IMG/VR virus record: IMGVR_UViG_2541047966_000009
Reading direction: 5' to 3' (one strand)
Length of the DNA: 34,397 nt
Source of the DNA: a virus
Lineage: Duplodnaviria; Heunggongvirae; Uroviricota; Caudoviricetes
Shown: piece by piece, positions 26,015 through 34,397 of the stretch
Layout: each line of letters opens with the position of its first letter
Position numbering within the stretch: position 1 is the first letter of the stretch
Made by a program: the position numbers and the translations under genes
Notes under the pieces: model-generated
The model's database searches: none
The model's input: only the letters and a program-made list of their open reading frames with translations
Told to the model about the DNA's origin: nothing

Positions 26015-26926
26015 ATGGGACGCACCAAATCACCGGTTAGCACTGAACTGAACGTCGAGGTACCGCTGTCGGATGATCTCAATGTCAGTCTAAACGCCAT
26101 GACACAGCATCGCATGGAAATCATGCAACAGTTCGGCGATGGTCTGCCCTATGAGCGCGATCGTGTTGCCCATGAGGCACGCTTTTATATGGCACAGAGC
26201 GCTGAGGCCATGCTGGAGGCAGGTAAGCGGCTGATAATCCTTAAGGAAAATGAACCACACGGGGAGTTTATAAAGATTCTTGAAAGTGAGTTGGGGCTGG
26301 CATACCGGACATCTGTGAGAATGATGCAAGCATCGACAAAATACTTATCCCCGGCGCTGAAACCAAATGTGCCAACGTTGGCACATTTGGGAAAAGCCAA
26401 ACTTTTCGAATTAATGACAGAAGACGACGAAGAGCTTGCCGAACTGGCCGACGGCGGCACAGTTGCCGGCCTGACGCTTGACGACGTTGATCGCATGTCA
26501 GTACGCGAACTTCGCCAGGCCCTGCGCGAAGCGCGCGAAACCAACGCAGCACAACAGCGCGTACTCGCCGATAAAAATGAAAAAATTGATTCTCTCTCTA
26601 CCAGACTGGAAAAGAAATCCCGTATTCAGCCGCCTGAGCCTGATGAGGAGGTTAAGAAGCTGCGGGCGGAAGTGACAGCATTAGCGGTTGAGGCGGAATC
26701 TGCTATCGCCGTTCGACTGTCCAGCGCTTTTGAGACACTGTGCGCATATTGTGCTGAAAACATGATTGATACCCCCAGAGACTTCATGGCAGGCCTGGTC
26801 TGTCAACTGGAAAGCACAGCGCGTAGCCTGCGCTCCACATTTGACCTGCCGGACGAGCCAACAGGCAATGCAGCGCCTTCATGGCTGACTGAGCCGACGC
26901 CACAGATTAACGGGCTGGAGGCATAA
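26015..26926 (+). CDS. conserved hypothetical early protein
   Basis: 303-aa ORF between regulators and transposase; acidic, coiled-coil-like middle; no catalytic motif recognised. Confidence 0.5.
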   Translation: MGRTKSPVSTELNVEVPLSDDLNVSLNAMTQHRMEIMQQFGDGLPYERDRVAHEARFYMAQSAEAMLEAGKRLIILKENEPHGEFIKILESELGLAYRTSVRMMQASTKYLSPALKPNVPTLAHLGKAKLFELMTEDDEELAELADGGTVAGLTLDDVDRMSVRELRQALREARETNAAQQRVLADKNEKIDSLSTRLEKKSRIQPPEPDEEVKKLRAEVTALAVEAESAIAVRLSSAFETLCAYCAENMIDTPRDFMAGLVCQLESTARSLRSTFDLPDEPTGNAAPSWLTEPTPQINGLEA

Positions 26927-26929
26927 CCA

Positions 26930-28699
26930 ATGAATGCTGCCCTGACTGAACGACTGGTTTATGTCGCCCGCGCGGCACGTGACGCGGGGCATGGTAAACG
27001 CGGTGCAATATACGACGCTGCCTGTGCTGAACTTGGCATGTCCCGCGCCACTCTGCTGCGCAGGCTGAAGGAGGTCTCTGTGACTGATAAACGCAAAAAA
27101 CGCGCCGATGCCGGGCGCAGCGCCCTGACCCGCGACGAAGCCGCGCTGATATCTGCCACACTGCGTGAGGCCACCCGCAAGAACGGTAAGCGTCTCTATT
27201 CCATCGCGGATGCAGTGGAAACCCTGCGGGCTAACGGCTTTATCTCCGCAGGCAGAACAGATGAAACCACCGGTGAGTTTTTCCCGTTGTCCGAAGATGC
27301 CATCAGCCGAGCCCTGCGTAACTATGGCCTGCACCCGGAACAACTGGATGCCCCTGCACCACATACTGAAGTGGCCAGTCTGCATCCCAATCATGTCTGG
27401 CAGATTGATGCCTCGCTCTGCACGCTTTACTACCTGAGTAATGGACACAAAGGACTGCAGGTGATGGACAGCGCGAAGTTCTACAAGAACAAGCCCGCTA
27501 ACCTTGCCCGTATCGCCAGTGACCGCGTGTGGAGTTACGAGATTACCGACCATGCCAGCGGCTGGATTTACGTTGAGTATGTGACGGGTGCGGAATCCGG
27601 TGAGAACCTGTGTTCTGTGCTTATCAACGCCATGCAGGAGCGTGGCGGCGCAGACGTGCTGCACGGCGTGCCGAAAATACTCTATCTCGACCCCGGCTCG
27701 GCAAACACCGCGGGTATGACGAAAAACATGTGCCGCTCACTGGGCATCGACCTGATAGCACACAAGCCGCATAACGCCCGCGCCACCGGACAGGTGGAAA
27801 AGGCGCGTGACATTATCGAACGCAAGCTGGAGCCGGGTCTGAAGTTCCGGCCGGTTCACAGTCTGGAAGAACTCAACGCGCTGGCCGCGAAATGGCGCAG
27901 CCACTTTAACGCCACGGCTGTTCACAGCCGCCACGGTAAAACCCGCACGGATATCTGGCTGAAGATTACTGCTGAGCAGCTGAAAAAAGCGCCTTCCGTT
28001 GAGGTATGCCGTGAACTGGCTGTGGCGACACCAGAACTCCGCAAAGTCACGCCAAAACTTCGTGTCTCGTTCCGGGGCACTGAATTTGACGTATCAACGG
28101 TACCGGGCGTACTGGTCGGTGAAAAACTGATGATTACCCGTAACCCGTGGCGCAGCGATGTGGCACAGGTGGTTCTGACCGGTGAGGACGGCCACGAGGC
28201 GTTCTTCCTGGTCGAAGAGGTCAGAAAGAACGAGTTTGGCTTTGCTGAAAGCGCGGCGGTATTTGGCGAAAGTTACAAAGCCCTGCCGGAAACCCCGGCG
28301 CAGATGGCGGCAAAAGAAACCGAAGCGCTGGTCACCGGTACAGACAACGCCGCAGATGCAGCTGCCGCACGCAAGGCGAAGGCGCTGCCGTTCGGCGGGC
28401 GGCTTGACCCATATAAACATATTGATGACGCCACACTTCCGGCCTGTATACCGAAGCGAGGTCAGGCCTCTGACGTACGCGGGCTGCGCACTGAACAACG
28501 TCCCATGACTCATGTGGAGGCCGCGAAAGCCCTGCGCGATAAGTTCAGCGCCGACGGCCTTACCTGGACGCCGGAACATTACCGCCAGTTAACGGCACAG
28601 TATCCGGACGGCGTACCGGAAGCCGCACTGGATGAAGTCATGGCCACGCTGACCACGCCGGCCCGCAGCAGCGTTATCAGCATTGTTAACGGCAACTGA
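26930..28699 (+). CDS. DDE transposase, Mu A-like
   Basis: 589-aa ORF; candidate DDE triad in ...HVWQIDAS..., ...ILYLDPGSANTAG..., ...ATGQVEKARDIIE...; directly upstream of AAA+ B-like gene. Confidence 0.8.
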   Translation: MNAALTERLVYVARAARDAGHGKRGAIYDAACAELGMSRATLLRRLKEVSVTDKRKKRADAGRSALTRDEAALISATLREATRKNGKRLYSIADAVETLRANGFISAGRTDETTGEFFPLSEDAISRALRNYGLHPEQLDAPAPHTEVASLHPNHVWQIDASLCTLYYLSNGHKGLQVMDSAKFYKNKPANLARIASDRVWSYEITDHASGWIYVEYVTGAESGENLCSVLINAMQERGGADVLHGVPKILYLDPGSANTAGMTKNMCRSLGIDLIAHKPHNARATGQVEKARDIIERKLEPGLKFRPVHSLEELNALAAKWRSHFNATAVHSRHGKTRTDIWLKITAEQLKKAPSVEVCRELAVATPELRKVTPKLRVSFRGTEFDVSTVPGVLVGEKLMITRNPWRSDVAQVVLTGEDGHEAFFLVEEVRKNEFGFAESAAVFGESYKALPETPAQMAAKETEALVTGTDNAADAAAARKAKALPFGGRLDPYKHIDDATLPACIPKRGQASDVRGLRTEQRPMTHVEAAKALRDKFSADGLTWTPEHYRQLTAQYPDGVPEAALDEVMATLTTPARSSVISIVNGN

Positions 28700-28709
28700 G
28701 GAGGGAAAC

Positions 28710-29876
28710 ATGCTGGTACTGAAGCAGCAACTGAAAGAGGCCCGTATTCCACAGGCGGTGGTGGCGAGAGCTGTCGATGTTTCTGAGGCCACGCTGGCCC
28801 AGATTGTGAATCATAACGCGTGGCCCCGCACCAGCCCCGGAGAAGTGCGCCGGCGTCTTGCGTCCTGGCTGGAAAGTCAGGGGATTGATACAGCGAAGAG
28901 TTTTGATGCTGTACAGGGCGCGGCCACGCCCCGTACAGCGGGTACCACAGATAAAACGAGCCTCAGTGAGGAAGAGAATATGTTACTCAAAAAACAGGTG
29001 TTATTTCCAGCAACCAAAAAAGCGTTTGGTCTTTTCCGTGACCCGTTCGCCGACGAAGCCATGCAGGGTTCTGATGATGTGTTCACCACACCAGACATTC
29101 GCTACGTGCGTGAGGCGTTGTACCAGACAGCCCGTCATGGTGGGTTTATGGCCGTCATCGGTGAGTCCGGTGCGGGTAAATCCACGCTGCGCCGTGACCT
29201 GACTGAACGTATCAACCGCGAGAATGCGCCGGTAATTGTTATCGAGCCATACATCATTGCCATGGAAGACAACGATGTGAAAGGGAAAACCCTGAAGGCA
29301 GCAGCTATTGCCGAAGCCATTATCAGTACCATCGCGCCACTGGAAAGCATCAGACGCAGTCAGGACGCCCGCTTTCGCCAGTTGCATCGCGTCCTGAAAG
29401 ACAGCAGCCAGGCGGGGTTCAGCCACGTTCTGGTGATTGAGGAGGCCCACAGTCTGCCCATTCCGACACTGAAACACCTCAAACGCTTTTTTGAGCTGGA
29501 GTCCGGTTTCAAAAAACTGCTGTCCATCGTGCTGATTGGCCAGCCGGAACTGGCGACAAAACTGTCTGAACGCAACATGGAAGTCCGCGAAGTCGTTCAG
29601 CGCTGTGAGGTGGTCGAACTTCTGCCTCTGGACAATCACCTTGAAGAATTTCTGACGTTCAAACTGCAACGGGCCGGTAAACAACTGACGGACATTATGG
29701 ACGCCAGCGCAGTGGATGCCATACGTACCCGCCTGAGCAATCCGGGAAGTCATCGTAAAAATATGGTCAGCCTGCTGTATCCGCTGGCCGTCAGTAACCT
29801 GGTAATAGCCGCCATGAATCTGGCCGCTGAAATCGGGGTTCCACAGGTCAACGCTGACGTTGTCAAAGGGGTTTAA
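28710..29876 (+). CDS. DNA transposition AAA+ ATPase, Mu B-like
   Basis: Walker A GESGAGKST and Walker B LVIEEAHS; N-terminal HTH-like region; ATG preceded by GAGGAGGG that overlaps the A stop. Confidence 0.8.
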   Translation: MLVLKQQLKEARIPQAVVARAVDVSEATLAQIVNHNAWPRTSPGEVRRRLASWLESQGIDTAKSFDAVQGAATPRTAGTTDKTSLSEEENMLLKKQVLFPATKKAFGLFRDPFADEAMQGSDDVFTTPDIRYVREALYQTARHGGFMAVIGESGAGKSTLRRDLTERINRENAPVIVIEPYIIAMEDNDVKGKTLKAAAIAEAIISTIAPLESIRRSQDARFRQLHRVLKDSSQAGFSHVLVIEEAHSLPIPTLKHLKRFFELESGFKKLLSIVLIGQPELATKLSERNMEVREVVQRCEVVELLPLDNHLEEFLTFKLQRAGKQLTDIMDASAVDAIRTRLSNPGSHRKNMVSLLYPLAVSNLVIAAMNLAAEIGVPQVNADVVKGV

Positions 29877-29878
29877 TA

Positions 29879-30148
29879 ATGAAATCCACCACAGGTATCA
29901 ACCAGCAAATCAGTAAAGTGCAGTCAGCCATTATGGCGCTTAAGGCGACGAACACGGATGTACAAAGCATCACCATCAGGGGTAACAAACCTGTCATCCG
30001 CGTTTCCAGGAGTGCGCATTGCATGCGCATGCTTGAGCAGGGAAAGGCCTGTTATCTGTATACCGGACATGACCACAGGGGATATTTCCGTCAGGGCGTT
30101 TTCGAACTGCACGGCTGTCGCGTCGTGTGGCCGGAATCTTTGTGGTAA
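29879..30148 (+). CDS. hypothetical small early protein
   Basis: 89-aa ORF starting 3 nt after B stop. Confidence 0.45.
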   Translation: MKSTTGINQQISKVQSAIMALKATNTDVQSITIRGNKPVIRVSRSAHCMRMLEQGKACYLYTGHDHRGYFRQGVFELHGCRVVWPESLW

Positions 30149-30175
30149 TCAGCACAACTGGAGAAATCATAAAAA

Positions 30176-30706
30176 ATGGCAAAAAGTACAAAAGGTGCAA
30201 AACGTATCAAGGCCGCAGCAGCACTCTGGGTGCCGGGGACACGTGAAGAGGTCATTGAGGGCATCAGACTGCTCGGTGACGCACACCGTGAACTGGTCAG
30301 GGCTGAAACAGAAATGAATGACGCCATTGGCGATATCACCGCACGTTATGCCCCGCTCACCGAGAGCCTGAAAAAACGCATGGCCGAACTGCAGTCCGGT
30401 ATTCAGACATGGTGTGAGGCACACCGTGATGAACTGACCGGCAACGGGAAGGTGAAGTTCGCTAACCTCACCACCGGCGAGGTGCAGTGGCGAAACCGTC
30501 CGCCATCAGTCAGTATCCGTGGGGCGGATAATGTTATTGAATTACTGAGACGTCTGGGGCTTGAGCGCTTTATCCGTGTAAAGGAGGAAATAAATAAAGA
30601 CGCTATCCTGAATGAAAAGGACGCCGTGAAAAATATTCCCGGTATTACCATAAAAAGTGATATTGAGGATTTTTCAATAATTCCTTTTGAGCAGGATGTG
30701 CAGTAA
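30176..30706 (+). CDS. gam: host-nuclease inhibitor Gam (Mu Gam family)
   Basis: 176-aa ORF (Mu Gam ~174 aa); basic N-terminus and coiled-coil-like core; position after A/B as in Mu. Confidence 0.7.
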   Translation: MAKSTKGAKRIKAAAALWVPGTREEVIEGIRLLGDAHRELVRAETEMNDAIGDITARYAPLTESLKKRMAELQSGIQTWCEAHRDELTGNGKVKFANLTTGEVQWRNRPPSVSIRGADNVIELLRRLGLERFIRVKEEINKDAILNEKDAVKNIPGITIKSDIEDFSIIPFEQDVQ

Positions 30707-30803
30707 ACACACCACGTTAATTATTTAATAAAAACATTTTCTTTTTTATTCCGGCGTCAGCGCCGTGGGCTTCTGCACGCCGGAAACAGAGGAGAATTAA
30801 ATT

Positions 30804-30998
30804 ATGATATTTAAATGTATTCAGTGCGAGAGGGATATAACAGCCCTGCGTTTTCACAGCGCCATCGCCGTGATGTCCGGTAAGTACCACGTACCTGCAG
30901 TACGTGTCACCCTGGTCTGTCCGTACTGCAGCCAGCATTTTTCGGCGGACGTGCCCGTCATGGAATTCTCCCGCCCTGACAGGGAGGACGCGCAATGA
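30804..30998 (+). CDS. small zinc-ribbon-like protein
   Basis: 64-aa ORF with two CxxC pairs (CIQC ... CPYC); SD GAGGAG upstream. Confidence 0.45.
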   Translation: MIFKCIQCERDITALRFHSAIAVMSGKYHVPAVRVTLVCPYCSQHFSADVPVMEFSRPDREDAQ

Positions 30999-31267
30999 TT
31001 ACCCCACAGGAAGCACGACAGCGCACCCGAACTCTTGTTGAACACTATGTCAACGAGTGTGAATGCCGCGACCTCACCGATGTGAAGCACGTCCTGACGG
31101 CGCTAATCAGCATGGCCACGCAGGCCATTGTGGCAACCAACGGAAAGGAGGCTGCCCTGCAGGTACTGATGAACACACTCACCCACACGGCAGAGCACGA
31201 GGTGCCGTACCGGGTGGAAACCACTGCAGAAGGCGGCCTGAACATCACCGTCGACCGGAAACACTGA
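30995..31267 (+). CDS. hypothetical small early protein
   Basis: 90-aa ORF overlapping previous stop (ATGA). Confidence 0.45.
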   Translation: MITPQEARQRTRTLVEHYVNECECRDLTDVKHVLTALISMATQAIVATNGKEAALQVLMNTLTHTAEHEVPYRVETTAEGGLNITVDRKH

Positions 31268-31276
31268 GGGCGCGGC

Positions 31277-31579
31277 ATGACACGGAACACCGAACTCACC
31301 CGCACCGCCCTCTACCGTCTGGCCCTGCAGCGTTTCGGGCCGGACGCACAGGCCCTGAAACTGACAGAAGAGGCCGCTGAACTGGCGGCCAGTGCCGCCC
31401 GCAACCTGAACGGACAGGGCAGCGAAAGTGACCTCGCGGCAGAGCTGGCAGACGTGGAAATCATGACAGAGCAGCTGCGCCTTCAGGGAATGGACCGGCT
31501 GATTGACTTCCACAAACAGAAAAAACTGGAACGCCTTGCCGCACGGTTGGGCGTCACATACACCGGAGAAATCATATGA
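31277..31579 (+). CDS. MazG-like nucleotide pyrophosphohydrolase domain protein (tentative)
   Basis: 100-aa ORF; paired helix motifs LTEEAAELAASA and DLAAELADVEIMTEQL resemble the EExxE / ELADV signature of small MazG-like proteins. Confidence 0.45.
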   Translation: MTRNTELTRTALYRLALQRFGPDAQALKLTEEAAELAASAARNLNGQGSESDLAAELADVEIMTEQLRLQGMDRLIDFHKQKKLERLAARLGVTYTGEII

Positions 31580-31959
31580 ACCGCACCGAACAGACGCCAC
31601 AACTGACGCCGGAAGATGCTGTACAGCGTATTCGGGTACTGGAAGACGAAAACGAATACCTGCGCAAGAGATTTGAAGAGGTGGACCTGTACTTCGGGCG
31701 CAATCTGGTCGTCATGAAAGCTGCAGTGATTGAGTGGCGGGCCACCGGTGATGCCAGGAACGGCATGGCGTGGATTTACAACACCCTGTGTGGGCCGGGC
31801 GAACTGCCGCCGCAAGAGGAGAAAGAGGCACAGGAATACTTCAACAGGGAAACTGAAGTTATCGACAGAAAACTGGCTGCCCTGTACCACTGGTTCAGGA
31901 AATACCACAGGACACACGCCGCACCTGACCAGACCACCACAGGAGGTACCAGTGACTGA
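31576..31959 (+). CDS. hypothetical early protein
   Basis: 127-aa ORF overlapping previous stop. Confidence 0.45.
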   Translation: MNRTEQTPQLTPEDAVQRIRVLEDENEYLRKRFEEVDLYFGRNLVVMKAAVIEWRATGDARNGMAWIYNTLCGPGELPPQEEKEAQEYFNRETEVIDRKLAALYHWFRKYHRTHAAPDQTTTGGTSD

Positions 31960-32167
31960 CACCATTATGGAAATTGTGGTATGGGCTTTCCTGCTTACTG
32001 GTATAGCCGTGTGCATCTGCGCCGGATTCGCCCTGGTTGCCCTGCTGACCCACGTGGTGACGCAGTGGTTATGGGAAAAGCTTAAAGCAGCATACAGCCT
32101 GAAAGAGCTGTCCGACGCTGTTCGGGCATGGGAACAGCAAAAAAATACCGGAGATACTGAACAATGA
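31952..32167 (+). CDS. small membrane protein (single TM)
   Basis: GTG start 5 nt after AGGAGG; hydrophobic EIVVWAFLLTGIAVCICAGFALVALL; ORF-track start at 31730 overlaps the upstream gene in another frame. Confidence 0.4.
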   Translation: MTDTIMEIVVWAFLLTGIAVCICAGFALVALLTHVVTQWLWEKLKAAYSLKELSDAVRAWEQQKNTGDTEQ

Positions 32168-32847
32168 CAGACCAGGATAAGCACATTGAGAAACTGAAAA
32201 AGTTGCTGGCGCTGGCAGCATCCGGCAACCCGCATGAGGCTGCTCTGGCACTGCGCCGCGCCCGTAAACTGATGGATGTTCACGGCATCACACATTCCGA
32301 CATCGCCATGAGTGATATTGATGAAACCATCAGTCACTACTGGCCGACAGGCAGCCTCCGTCCGCCGCGCTACATGCTGGGCCTGATGAACATCATCCGC
32401 GAGGCATTTGGTGTTAACTCCATCATTCACCCCGGCACATATCCGGGTGTGGGGTTCTACGGCAACCGGGAACGGGCCGCACTGGCCGCGTACACCTGGG
32501 AAGTGCTGGCCCGTCAGCTGAAAAAGGCGCGTCAGCAGTATATCAGTGCACAGAACAAAAGAATAAAAACCGCCACCCGCACCAGCCGTGGAGACCAGTT
32601 TGCTGAAGGCTGGGTGCTGGCCGTTATCAGTGAAATACAGTCCTTCGCCCTGACCGATGACGAACGTGAACTGATGCAGCAGTGGCTGGAACATAAATAC
32701 CCGCAGACGCAAACCACCAGGGCGCGTAAACCGGGAAGAAGTCGCAATGGCGACGCCTCGCGCTATGCGGGGTTTCGAGAAGGGCAGAACGTCAGACTGC
32801 ACCGACCGGTCAGTGGGCGGGAACAGCAGAAACTGGAGGCCAGATGA
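32164..32847 (+). CDS. conserved phage protein with DUF2786-like N-terminal domain
   Basis: 227-aa ORF; N-terminus HIEKLKKLLALAASGNPHEAALALRRARKLMDVHGI matches the pattern recalled for DUF2786. Confidence 0.5.
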   Translation: MTDQDKHIEKLKKLLALAASGNPHEAALALRRARKLMDVHGITHSDIAMSDIDETISHYWPTGSLRPPRYMLGLMNIIREAFGVNSIIHPGTYPGVGFYGNRERAALAAYTWEVLARQLKKARQQYISAQNKRIKTATRTSRGDQFAEGWVLAVISEIQSFALTDDERELMQQWLEHKYPQTQTTRARKPGRSRNGDASRYAGFREGQNVRLHRPVSGREQQKLEAR

Positions 32848-33074
32848 TTACGTTATCAGGTAACAGCCGGAAATTAAAAGCCTGCCGAATATCTGCCAGA
32901 TACCTTTTTGCCCGCGCCTTTTTTAAGAACGTCAGGCCGGGGATCACAATTGGTGTTATTGCCGGACGCGAACAGGTTGAAAAATACATGTCAGGTGCAT
33001 GGTGGAATAAAGACCCTGTCATTGCTGCCCGTAATATTCATATCAGTTGGGGGGATATTCAGAATGACGACTGA
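32844..33074 (+). CDS. hypothetical small protein
   Basis: 76-aa ORF overlapping neighbours. Confidence 0.35.
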   Translation: MITLSGNSRKLKACRISARYLFARAFFKNVRPGITIGVIAGREQVEKYMSGAWWNKDPVIAARNIHISWGDIQNDD

Positions 33075-33279
33075 ATCTGTTGTATGTGCCCTGTTCTGGT
33101 ATTGTTTTGTCGGTTGGTGTACTGCTGAACTGCACCGCCGTTCAGGGTTTTATTCACGTTACAGTGGTGCCGGTTACTGGATTAGCTGGTCGGTGATGTT
33201 CCTGTGCTGGCCTGTGGCACTTCCTTTATATGTCGATTATATCGGTGATGCAGGCAGAAGGAGCAACGATGATGACTAA
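33064..33279 (+). CDS. small membrane protein (two hydrophobic segments)
   Basis: ATG MTTESVVCALFWYCFVGWCTAEL...WISWSVMFLCWPVALPLYV; ORF-track start at 32908 overlaps the upstream gene. Confidence 0.4.
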   Translation: MTTESVVCALFWYCFVGWCTAELHRRSGFYSRYSGAGYWISWSVMFLCWPVALPLYVDYIGDAGRRSNDDD

Positions 33280-33721
33280 ACAACGTCTTATCCAGCTCAT
33301 TCATATTGCCCGTAATGAACTGGGTATGGATGAAGACACCTACCGCCAGATGTTACAGGGGCTGACCGGTAAAGCCTCAACCAAAGGAATGGATACCACA
33401 CAACTAAACTGCGTGCTGGAATCCATGAAAAGGAAAGGCTTTCGCGTTAGGCCTGCAGGAAAAGCCAGCTCCGGTTTACCGCTGGATAACCATCCGCAAT
33501 CCAGGAAAATCCGTGCGCTATGGCTTGAAATGGCTGCTGCCGGCATTGTTCGTGACCGTTCAGAAAATGCATTAGCGCGGTGGATCAAGCGGGAAACGGG
33601 CATCAGCGCCCTGCGCTGGCTCAATACTGAACAGGCAAGCAGTGTTATTGAGAAACTGAAGAAGTGGCAGCGCAGAGCTGCGGGAGTAAAACATGAGCGA
33701 CCTGAATCAGTTTCGAAGTAA
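33269..33721 (+). CDS. GemA / Mu gp16-like regulatory protein
   Basis: Start ATG preceded by AGGAG; ...YRQMLQGLTGKASTKGMDTTQLNCVLESMKRKGF... resembles GemA-family proteins; precedes Mor-like gene as in Mu. Confidence 0.55.
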   Translation: MMTKQRLIQLIHIARNELGMDEDTYRQMLQGLTGKASTKGMDTTQLNCVLESMKRKGFRVRPAGKASSGLPLDNHPQSRKIRALWLEMAAAGIVRDRSENALARWIKRETGISALRWLNTEQASSVIEKLKKWQRRAAGVKHERPESVSK

Positions 33722-34082
33722 AGGGCCGGAACTCCTGGTGGAACTGGCACAGCATACCTCTGAGACCGTTCGCGAGATTATTGATATTGAGCCCGCAATT
33801 GCCGACCAGATTGGTCAGGCCGTCGCGAACCGCATGATGCAGGTCTGGGGCGGGCAAAACGTTTATTTCCCGATGGGCATGGTATGGAAGGTCAGTCAGC
33901 GCGACCGGGAAATCTTCAGGGAGTTTAACGGACGTAATCACCATGAACTGGCCCGCAAATTTGGTGTTTCGCTTCAGTGGGTCTACAGCGTGGTTAAGCG
34001 GGTAAGAAAAGAAGAACTGGATCGGATGCAGGGCAAGCTATTTGCTGATGAACCCGATGTAGATACGGAGAAAAAAGAGTAA
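33693..34082 (+). CDS. mor: Mor/C-family transcriptional activator (middle/late gene activator)
   Basis: 129-aa ORF (Mu Mor is 129 aa); C-terminal ...GGQNVYFPMG...REFNGRNHHELARKFGVSLQWVYSVVKR... resembles the Mor/C HTH region. Confidence 0.7.
   Translation: MSDLNQFRSKGPELLVELAQHTSETVREIIDIEPAIADQIGQAVANRMMQVWGGQNVYFPMGMVWKVSQRDREIFREFNGRNHHELARKFGVSLQWVYSVVKRVRKEELDRMQGKLFADEPDVDTEKKE

Positions 34083-34397
<315 letters not shown>

Noticed and set aside
26879-27664. 261-aa minus-strand ORF
   Set aside because: Antisense within the transposase A gene, which carries the DDE motifs.
29001-29753. 250-aa minus-strand ORF
   Set aside because: Antisense within the AAA+ transposase B gene (Walker A/B present on the plus frame).
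30748-30784. Hairpin TTCCGGCGT-n19-ACGCCGGAA between gam and the zinc-ribbon gene, considered as an intrinsic terminator
   Set aside because: The T-run lies upstream rather than downstream of the stem on the plus strand, and there is no converging minus-strand gene, so it does not fit a canonical terminator in either orientation. The AT-rich stretch before it may instead be promoter-like.
31483-32802. 439-aa minus-strand ORF across the early region
   Set aside because: Antisense to four tightly packed plus-strand genes with recognisable features; Cys/His-rich low-complexity translation; no RBS or partner gene on that strand.

Overview
The window is almost entirely one transposable (Mu-family) prophage with a BcepMu-like layout, judged by protein motifs read from the translations (no database search was possible). 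Minus strand, 21.7 kb down to position 1: lysis cassette (holin, SLT-type endolysin, embedded Rz/Rz1 spanins), terminase, portal, Mu F/G/I/T-like head genes, then a contractile-tail module (sheath, tube, frameshifted chaperone, tape measure, baseplate, start of the tail fibre). Plus strand, 25.4-34.1 kb: immunity/early region (divergent repressor and Ner-like regulator, DDE transposase A, AAA+ transposase B, Gam, a run of small accessory genes, GemA-like and Mor-like regulators). Between the two sits a Dam-like methyltransferase and, immediately downstream of the repressor gene, an AT-rich two-gene operon: a divergent NdpA/YejK-like nucleoid-associated protein plus a 401-aa protein with two C-terminal transmembrane helices. 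That operon is the best candidate for an undescribed lysogen-expressed exclusion/defence module (lambda cI-rexA-rexB logic). Coordinates follow the ORF track; my hand-counted positions for motifs and hairpins may be off by about 1 nt.
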